Shown here one piece after another: positions 28,552-37,000 of a DNA stretch of 64,000 nucleotides (the first letter of the stretch is position 1; every line of letters begins with the position of its first letter). The DNA is from a virus: the IMG/VR virus record IMGVR_UViG_3300037961_004224, positions 32,001 to 96,000 of that record. The stretch is one strand, 5' to 3'. The notes beneath the pieces are model-generated. The model was not told the DNA's origin, did no database searches, and worked only from the letters and a program-made list of their open reading frames with translations. The position numbers and the translations under genes are program-made.

Positions 28552-29342
28552 GCAAGCAGAAATTTTTTAATTGTCTAAATAATACAAGATTGCAATATTA
28601 TGAACAGCATTATTACCAAGAAAAAAAGAGTTGGAAAGAAATAGCGGAAGCACTTGGAACATACCCTAACAAGGTCAGAAGAGATGCGGAAAAACTTGGA
28701 ATAAAATCTAGAACAAAATCACAAGCACAAAAAGTTGCTTTATCAGAGGGTAGAATAAGTCACCCCACCGCTGGAAAAAAACAATCTGAAGAAACTAAAA
28801 TTAAAATTAGTGAAAGTCAAGGCAAAGTGTGGGATGGTATGACTGAAAAAGAGCGTGAATATCGCTCTCAGATAGGCATAGAATCTTGGAATAAAAAAAC
28901 AGAGTATGAGAAGTCGGACTTTTTTAAAAAATCGACTCAGGCGATACAGGAAGCGTCTAGAAATGGCTCTAAAGTAGAGTTGTATTTGTTCAACCATCTG
29001 ATCGAATCAGGATATCGAGTAGACATACACAAAGAACATATATTACAGAATGAGAAATTTCATATTGACCTGTACATACCTTCTTGTAGAATAGCAATAG
29101 AGGTAGATGGTCCGATGCATTTTGAACCTGTCTTTGGTGAAGAAAAACTTCAAAAAAGAATAGCAGCAGATACTCAAAAAAATGGACTAATTTTGTCCTC
29201 CGATATGGTGCTTATCAGAGTAAAATTGGTAAAGAGAGAATCACAACGTTATCTTCGTCAAATTGTAGAAAATGTTATGGAAATTATAAATAAGGTAGAA
29301 ACTAAATTCCCTAAGAAAAATGAAAGGTACTTTGAAGTATGA
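28548..29342 (+). CDS. Free-standing homing-type endonuclease (HTH + NUMOD3 + DUF559/Vsr-like)
   Basis: WKEIAEALGTYPNKV HTH, GKKQSEETKIKISES NUMOD3, IDLYIP..IEVDGPMH. Confidence 0.8.
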   Translation: MSKQKFFNCLNNTRLQYYEQHYYQEKKSWKEIAEALGTYPNKVRRDAEKLGIKSRTKSQAQKVALSEGRISHPTAGKKQSEETKIKISESQGKVWDGMTEKEREYRSQIGIESWNKKTEYEKSDFFKKSTQAIQEASRNGSKVELYLFNHLIESGYRVDIHKEHILQNEKFHIDLYIPSCRIAIEVDGPMHFEPVFGEEKLQKRIAADTQKNGLILSSDMVLIRVKLVKRESQRYLRQIVENVMEIINKVETKFPKKNERYFEV

Positions 29343-30049
29343 CTAATAAACTTGAAGATTATGTAGAAGAGGTAGTGGAAGATGGTGTATTAGAAGTAGG
29401 GGAATCAGTTAAAAAACCTACAGATCCTGAGTGGGTTGATTATGTTTTGGACCATCTTGCTGACCACGAGCTATCTGAAGGAAATCCTACAACAGACGGT
29501 TTGAGAAGGGTAACGGAAAAGCTTTATGGTCAGATTATCAAGTCTGATACAGAAATATTGGAAATACCAAAACAACCATACACTGGAAAAGTAACAGCTA
29601 AACACACGCTTGTAATCGAAAAATATGATGGGCGTATAGTAGAAATTAGTGCATGTGTTGATGTGATTGGAGATAAGCTGCCAGCACCATTTAATAGGCA
29701 TTTAGTAGCTACTGCATGTACAAAAGCTGAAGGAAAGGCTCTTAGGCGTGCTTTAAAAATTAGAGTACAAACAGCGGAAGAGCTTAATACAGAAAAAGAT
29801 GAAGAATTTAATACTGATGAACCTATAAACGATCAGCAGATAGTTGCAATAAAAACACTTTGCAAAAGAAATGACGTTGACTTGATTAAGTTTGTCAAAG
29901 AAAATAGCGATAAACCTAAAACAGTCAGAGATGTAAAAAATCTAGAAGGAAGATTGATGATTAATAAATTATCCGGTTTCCAACGCGAAGGAACTCCAGA
30001 TAAATTAACAGGTTACAATGAGAATTGGGAAGAAACTTTCGGGGCTTAA
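29339..30049 (+). CDS. Rad52/Sak-like single-strand annealing protein
   Basis: VATACTKAEGKALRRALKI..AEE motif; C-terminal INDQQI helical domain. Confidence 0.65.
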   Translation: MTNKLEDYVEEVVEDGVLEVGESVKKPTDPEWVDYVLDHLADHELSEGNPTTDGLRRVTEKLYGQIIKSDTEILEIPKQPYTGKVTAKHTLVIEKYDGRIVEISACVDVIGDKLPAPFNRHLVATACTKAEGKALRRALKIRVQTAEELNTEKDEEFNTDEPINDQQIVAIKTLCKRNDVDLIKFVKENSDKPKTVRDVKNLEGRLMINKLSGFQREGTPDKLTGYNENWEETFGA

Positions 30050-30052
30050 AAT

Positions 30053-30436
30053 ATGTTGATTAAACTAAAAATTAGTGATGACCTTTGGATAGAAGAAGAA
30101 GCAGATAAAGAGGTTGACACTTTCAAGGCGGCTGCAAGACTTACAGAGATATTTAAACACGATAAGTGTGGAAGATGTCATAAAAAAAATGTCAAGTTTG
30201 TATGCAGAAAAGATAAAGAAGATAATGATTGGTTGGAAATAGTATGTAAAGATTGCAGTGCAAAATTAGTTTTCAGCACAGTTAAAGGTAAAGGTGGAGA
30301 AATCTATCCCAAGACCAGATGGAATCATCTTTCAGAAACTCAAGCCAAGCAAAGATCTGATGAAAAAGAGTATGCAGACAGTCACAACGGTTGGCTACCA
30401 AATAATGGCTGGTATATTTACAAAAAACAATCTTAA
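30053..30436 (+). CDS. Hypothetical Zn-binding protein
   Basis: CGRC...CKDC. Confidence 0.6.
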   Translation: MLIKLKISDDLWIEEEADKEVDTFKAAARLTEIFKHDKCGRCHKKNVKFVCRKDKEDNDWLEIVCKDCSAKLVFSTVKGKGGEIYPKTRWNHLSETQAKQRSDEKEYADSHNGWLPNNGWYIYKKQS

Positions 30437-30448
30437 TGGAGAATTAAA

Positions 30449-30754
30449 ATGGCACAACAATTTTGTGTAGACATAGCAGATAGTGACGTAGATCGTGTGA
30501 TCACGGCAATGTGTGCTAATTATAATTATCAAACTGAAATACCGAACCCTGATTTTAACCCGGATTTACCAATTGATCCAAATACTAATCCTGAAAAGAT
30601 TGCAAATCCTGAAACACCATATCAATTTGTAAATAGAATGGGAAGAGATTTTTTGATTAACAATACAGTTGCTTATGAGTTGAAACTTGAGAAGCAAAAT
30701 GTTCCTCAACCAACTCCCCCAGACATTACAGATCCACAAATTCCACCCGCTTAG
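30449..30754 (+). CDS. Small Pro/Asn-rich protein
   Basis: GGAG SD; NPD/NPE repeats IPNPDFNPDLPIDPNTNPEKIANPE. Confidence 0.65.
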   Translation: MAQQFCVDIADSDVDRVITAMCANYNYQTEIPNPDFNPDLPIDPNTNPEKIANPETPYQFVNRMGRDFLINNTVAYELKLEKQNVPQPTPPDITDPQIPPA

Positions 30755-30765
30755 GATGGAGTTTT

Positions 30766-30798
30766 AAAAACGGGGCGTGGTAAAACACGCCCTTTTTT
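30766..30798. terminator. Bidirectional intrinsic terminator between the convergent arms
   Basis: aaaaa-cg-gggcgtg gtaaaa cacgccc-tttttt. Confidence 0.8.
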
Positions 30799-31054
30799 AT
30801 TCACCTTCTTCAGATTTCCTGTATGGAAATATTTGGTTAAAAAACTTCTTGACTTTTTGGCAACCGCAACCTCCGATACCGGCAAACTTGCTTATGGTTT
30901 CTTCTGTTACGCCAAATTTAGCAAAAGCTCTTTCCAAGCTATCACCAACACCTTCTGGATCTTTGTGTTGATAGTTTTCAAGCTTTACATCTTCTTCATT
31001 TTCTAAATATTCAACAATTTCATTTAGATGTTGTTTAGAGCCGTCATCTGACAT
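30797..31054 (-). CDS. Small CGC-motif protein
   Basis: EGVGD..FGV..GGCGCQKVKKFFNQIFPY; AAGGAG SD. Confidence 0.7.
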   Translation of the reverse strand: MSDDGSKQHLNEIVEYLENEEDVKLENYQHKDPEGVGDSLERAFAKFGVTEETISKFAGIGGCGCQKVKKFFNQIFPYRKSEEGE

Positions 31055-31082
31055 TTATTTTCTCCTTGATTTTTTAGTTTAA

Positions 31083-34000
31083 TTATGGGTCTACATCGGG
31101 AGGCGGTGATGGTCCGGGAATACAACCACCCACGGGGAATGGAGATATGGAAGTAATAAGATACTTACCACCGCATGTTTTCATACCAGCTACAGTTGTT
31201 GTTAAAGGATAAACAGCAGTAACAACAGTTTGACTGTTAATAGTTGTTGTTTCAGTTTCGATGCCTGTTACAACACACATTTCCCAATTCTCACTTGCAT
31301 CGGATATCTCAATTTTTGTTATTGCCGTTGCATCAGCAGTATCAACCGCAGCACCTAGACCTTCTATTGCAAAATCCGCCCCCCAGTTGTGTTGATAAAC
31401 TTGTGCAACAAAGATTTCTGGATCTAGACAACCATTTCCAATCTTTTTACCATAATCAATATGATTGTTAAATATTGTTAATCCACCGCACACGTTATCG
31501 GTTGATCCGGGTTCCTGTGGAGATGCAAAACCTATACCCGGACCACTTATAAATGAATTTATGACATCAGGAACCGATCTGTCGTGATATGGAGTTGTCA
31601 GTTCGCAAGCTGCCTGACCCGGATCACAACTAGTACTTGTATATTCCGGTAGTATGTTCCCACCACAATTTAATGTTTGACCAACTTTATCACAACCTCC
31701 GGCCCCCATAGTCAATGTATCAAGTCTCAAAGTACAGTCATCATTGTCTGGTCTGCTAGTGATAAATCCACTACCAATTTCCAAATTTACATAAGTTCTA
31801 TAGCCACCTGTTTGATCACGAATGTCAGTACATGTGTTGGTCATTGCCTTGATTCTCATTCCAGCAGTGATCTTGTAATCGCATGATGAAGATTGATCTT
31901 TTTCAACTCTTATACCCCTGCCAAATATCAAGCTTTTAAATGGTGTTGCTTCTGTATAGTCGTTGGTCCAAGGTAAAGTGTCTTGACTACCATCTTGTGT
32001 AGCAACACAATCATTATCAGTTTTTAAATTTTGCTCATGCTTGATGAGATATTGACAATCGCTTTCTAGTTCTACATGCAATCCACTAAAGTTAAGTTTT
32101 TCATAATTTGTTTCAGTTACAGCATTTGAACCACAAAAATCTTCAGATAAAATCTTCATGGCACTATCAATGCGGAAAGCACAACCAATTGGAGTATCTG
32201 TTGAAGGTCCACCTCCACCCCCAGTAGTGCGTTTAGCAGGCGAAGCTACAAGTCCAGTACCAAGTATTAGATTGTCAAAATGATTTTTGCTTTTATCCTT
32301 GAACATATCTGGATCTTCAGCAGGCTCTCTACCACAAACACCAGTGTTGCTAATAAATTGATTTGCATCTATGTAGTAGTGACAATCTGTGGTGGTCATA
32401 GGCTCAGAAGGTCTTTGGGTTGATCTTATGCCACTTCTGAATATCAAATGAGTGTAATGATTGTATGTATCATCATCTGTCACTTCAATTTCACAGTTGC
32501 CAGTGTGACTAAGCAACATGCTTGAATTTAATCTAGCAAAACACCCATCAAAATCAACAGAAAGCCCAGTGCCAACAGCAATACCAGTAACGGCTGTTCT
32601 CGCACCATCAGTATTTGTATTTGGACATGTACCTGACTGGAACATGAATATTGGAGTTGGAAGACCAGTTACTTTTACTGTGCATGAATCTTCATCATAA
32701 TAACTAGATAAATATCCTCCGAATTTTATATGATCAAATACCTTATTGGTAAATGGAGTATCGTTGCCCCCATCAGTAAGACTTCTCAAAGGAAGACAGC
32801 TTGATTGATATGTAAATCCATCAGCCTGAATATTCGCATTTAATGTAGCACCACAAGTTCCGCTTGATTTTAACTGTAAACCTGTTCCTACAATTATCTT
32901 AGCTGCATTAAAGTCAGAAACTGAAACACCATTATTGCAAGTCTCAACAGACTTCATTACAACTGGACTTGGACTTCCACTTACTATAAGATGATGGCAA
33001 CCATTAGGATAAGTACCAACTGTATCCCAAGTAGAAGAAAGAAATCCTGTAAATGTAATAATTTCAGGAGGATATGGGTGGGTAGTTTCATTAAATGTAT
33101 CTGTTCCACCATATTGATCACAGAAAGGCTCTGAAAGCTTTCGACCTCTTGTTCTAAGATAACTGGAAATAACACCCGTACAAGCATCATTGTCTATAAA
33201 ACTTAATCCACGACCAATCTGCAATGTTTGTATTGGCTTTCTTCCTACAGCAAGACTATTAACATCACAGTTGTTAGACGACTCCACATTAATTGTATTG
33301 CTGCTTATACCACTAACCACAACAGTACAGTCTTCACCAGCTTTTGCGGTTGTAGAAAGTCCTCCAACAAATTCTATTTTGGAAATTGGTTTAGTGTGAG
33401 TAAATGCAGAACCGGGAGTGAGTGTTTGACAAGTATAAGATTTTGATGTACCCGCTACCGAGAAATCGCTCGTTAATGTGTAAGCACAGTCTCCAACCTT
33501 TGTTAATTTTATACCAGTGCCAACACCAAGGCCAGTAAATGTGTCTCTGGCTGCTCCAGCACCACCATCACAATCGCTCAAACCATAAATCCAATTTGGA
33601 TTTGAGTTTACGTGTATTTCTCTGCCATTGTTATGACATACTCCGGTTGCCATTTTCAAACCGGTTCCGAACACTATGTTTGTAAACTTTTTAAAGCCCT
33701 GTAAGTTTAATTGACAAATTTCGTCTGAACCTTTAGCTTGCAAATTAGTTGTTAGTATTCCAGTGCAAGTCTGTGGACTATCTCCTTCAGTAAATGTTAA
33801 TCCACTTTTAGATACAACAAAAGTTTCTGCCAAGAAAGCCGTATCACGAGTACCCTTATCGTCACAAACTCCAGACGCAAAGAATCTGAGTGGAGTTCTT
33901 GAGCCACTAACTGTTACTTTACAGCCTAGAGCATTTGGGCCACCTGCATCTTCATATTTAGCACCCAAGTAGCCTTTAAATTCTATATTTTCAAATCTTT

Positions 34001-37000
34001 TGCGGAAAGATTGTTTTACTGCTCCGTCAGAATTATCATAATCTGATTGCTCTCTTGCGTCTGGGTCGCAAAGATTAGGAGGAACTCTAGATCCTGTTGC
34101 AAATATATTAGATTGTATCAAAGCTGTGCAATCTTGATCATCTGCTGGGAAAAAGTTTGATGATTTATTATTTTCTAAATACAGTCCTGTGCCAACCACC
34201 AAAGTATTCGCAGCAAATTTATCAACTTTACAGTCAGCAGGAATATAGCAACAAGCAGGAAGGCCACTAAAGAACATGGGTGAAGGAGAGCCACTAACCA
34301 CAACACTACATTTAGCGTCATCATAATGAGATGCTAGATTTCCAGTAAAGGTTATTGTTTCAAATGCTTTTTTAAATACTGTATTTCTATTATAAGGATC
34401 ATAATTATCACTACAACCATCTTGACCTGCAAATTTACTTCCACTAGCAAATATTTGAACGTGTATATCTTTTCTATGATCTCTACAATCACCATATACA
34501 CGATCATTATAAACCAGACCAGTACCAAGTCTTAATCCAGTAAAGAAAACACCGCCTTGTCCCTCAGTGCGACAACTAGCCAAACCAGAAACAAATTGCC
34601 TAGACTTTACTGTTATCAAACCACATTCAGGTTCGCTGATTGCAATACCGCTTGAAAATGCTATTCCAGTTATCAACCCTTCTATTCTTGTTGAAGCTTG
34701 ATTTAAAGGTGGGCACTCAGTAGGTTGTCCAGAAACACCAAAATTTAATTTTAGAACACCTGTGCATTCATCTTGTGTCAAACTTAGCCCGCTTGCAACA
34801 ACAAGTTTTTCAGCAAAAAAGTCTGTTTGAATGTGAGCACCGTCATTATACTCACCTTCTCTTTGATCACAAACCCCAGAAATTCCCATTCTCAATACTG
34901 GGACACCACTTACAGTTACGCTACAATCATCCGGTGAATAAGTTGATGATAAATTTCCTCTGAAATTAAGATTTTCAAATCTACGTTTTCCGGGAATGTT
35001 TCGTGTGTAAATATCACAGGTTTGTATACCATATCCACTAGCAGTAATCTTGCTGTGAATAATCCCAAGACATTCATCTTGTTTTTGATAAAATTCTAAT
35101 CCGCTACCCGCAAATAAAGTTTCTGCCCTGAAAGGTGTTCCTCTTGCAGATGTAGGACATGTACCAGAATTAGCAAAATTAATTGTTGGTTTGATACCGC
35201 TAACTTGAAATTCACAGTTTGCCGTATCGTATACAGAAGATAAGCCACCAACAAAAGAAATACTTCTTGTTTTACCTTCGACTATATTTCTTTGTTCTGG
35301 GACTGATGTATTATAAGGATCGCAATGATCGGCTATTTTATTTCCAGAAGCAATAAGCTGTGAGTGTATGGCATATCTACAATCAGCAGATTTTTCTTCT
35401 ACAACCAATCCCGAACCAGCGAGCAAATGGTAATAACTGTTGCAAGCACCTGTAGTTGGTGGAGTTTCCACCCCACAATAATCAGTGACATCACTTATAA
35501 ATTGCCAAGCTTCAACCACACCTTCTTTTAATTCATCGCTTCCGGGCAATTGCTTTACTGTTAAACCATGACCAAACTTCAAACATTTGAATTTTGTTGA
35601 ACACCCTAATGGCATTTCTAAGGTAGATGGAAAATTATTTGCAGGTTCAGATCCATCTTTAACACATTCCATATATCCGTCAAAACATCCGGTCCAAGGA
35701 ACATTGCCCGCAAGAACACCAGATCCGACACCAGACAAACCACTTGCTTTAACATAAAGAGTTCTGTCACAACCATCAACATCTACAAAATTTCCGGCAA
35801 AACCGGAAGCAAATACAATGTGTTTGATATCATATGTTCTTGGAACATGACCGCTAATTGTTGCATCTAGTCTGTTTGTAGGAAATGCATAATATTTACA
35901 ATCACTAGTATCCCAGTATGCTGGAATTTTACCAACACCAGTGGGTGGTTTTACGTCCCAAGGCCACTCTACATTTGCTTCTTGAGTTACAGAGCCACCC
36001 GTATCATCAAAAGTATTTTGTCCATTATTGACATCGGCGGTTGTGTTAGTGGATAATGGACAGCTTTGTTTATATGTGATGTGCAAATTTCTTGGAGCAG
36101 GAGGAACTGTCCAAACACCACGTTTTCTATCCAAACGCAAGTCAACTGGTGCGACTGGCCATGTTTTAGGAAGCTTTAAAAATTTATCTAAAAACTTATC
36201 TTTAAGATTAGATGTAGTGAATGTGCCAGCTTCTGCACTACTTTTACTGTCTGCATCGTTAGGTACAGGTTTTCCATCTGTATCATAACCCCAAGATTGC
36301 AGTACGAGTGGTCCTCTTAATGCAAAAAATCTATAATCATCTGCATATCCACTATCACCTTCTTCTTCTCCCTCTTTAATACACCAGCCTGAAGGTGGTG
36401 CAGATGCATTTCTACCCAAGACTTCAATATCATGCCCACTGGCTGACGTAGTAGATCTTTTTGCTACTGATGAATTGGGGTTTGAAAATGGATCTAAGTA
36501 AGATTGATTTATTTTTAATCCTGAATAAGACAGCTTTGGTCCATCGGGTGCTATTGTAGCTTCGACATTACCAGAACATGTAGAGTCAGTATGATTAACA
36601 AATCTAGGCAAACCTCCATCACCAGCTTTTGAAACCGGCCTGAAGATTCCGTCCATACTCATCAATGCACTTTCAGCATATGTAGCATCAGTTGGGAAAG
36701 TGAGAGTTGCTTCTTTGGCATTTATGGTAAATGATTCATTTCTACCTTCAAGCATTCTACCCATCAGCAAATGACTTGAAGATTTTGGTGCTCTTGCTGT
36801 TTTACCAACTTGAGTTTCTACTCTTTGTTTGATTCTTGCGGTTGCAGCAGCAATCTGTCTTGACAATGCTTGTCTGGATCTTAGGTTTCTTCCAGCAAGC
36901 AATCTTTGTTGGCCAATTGCCTTTATTCTTTCTGCATTATTCTTATTGAATCTACCAAATCTTGGAGTATATGTACTAAATTGAAAATCAGTAGTGAAAC

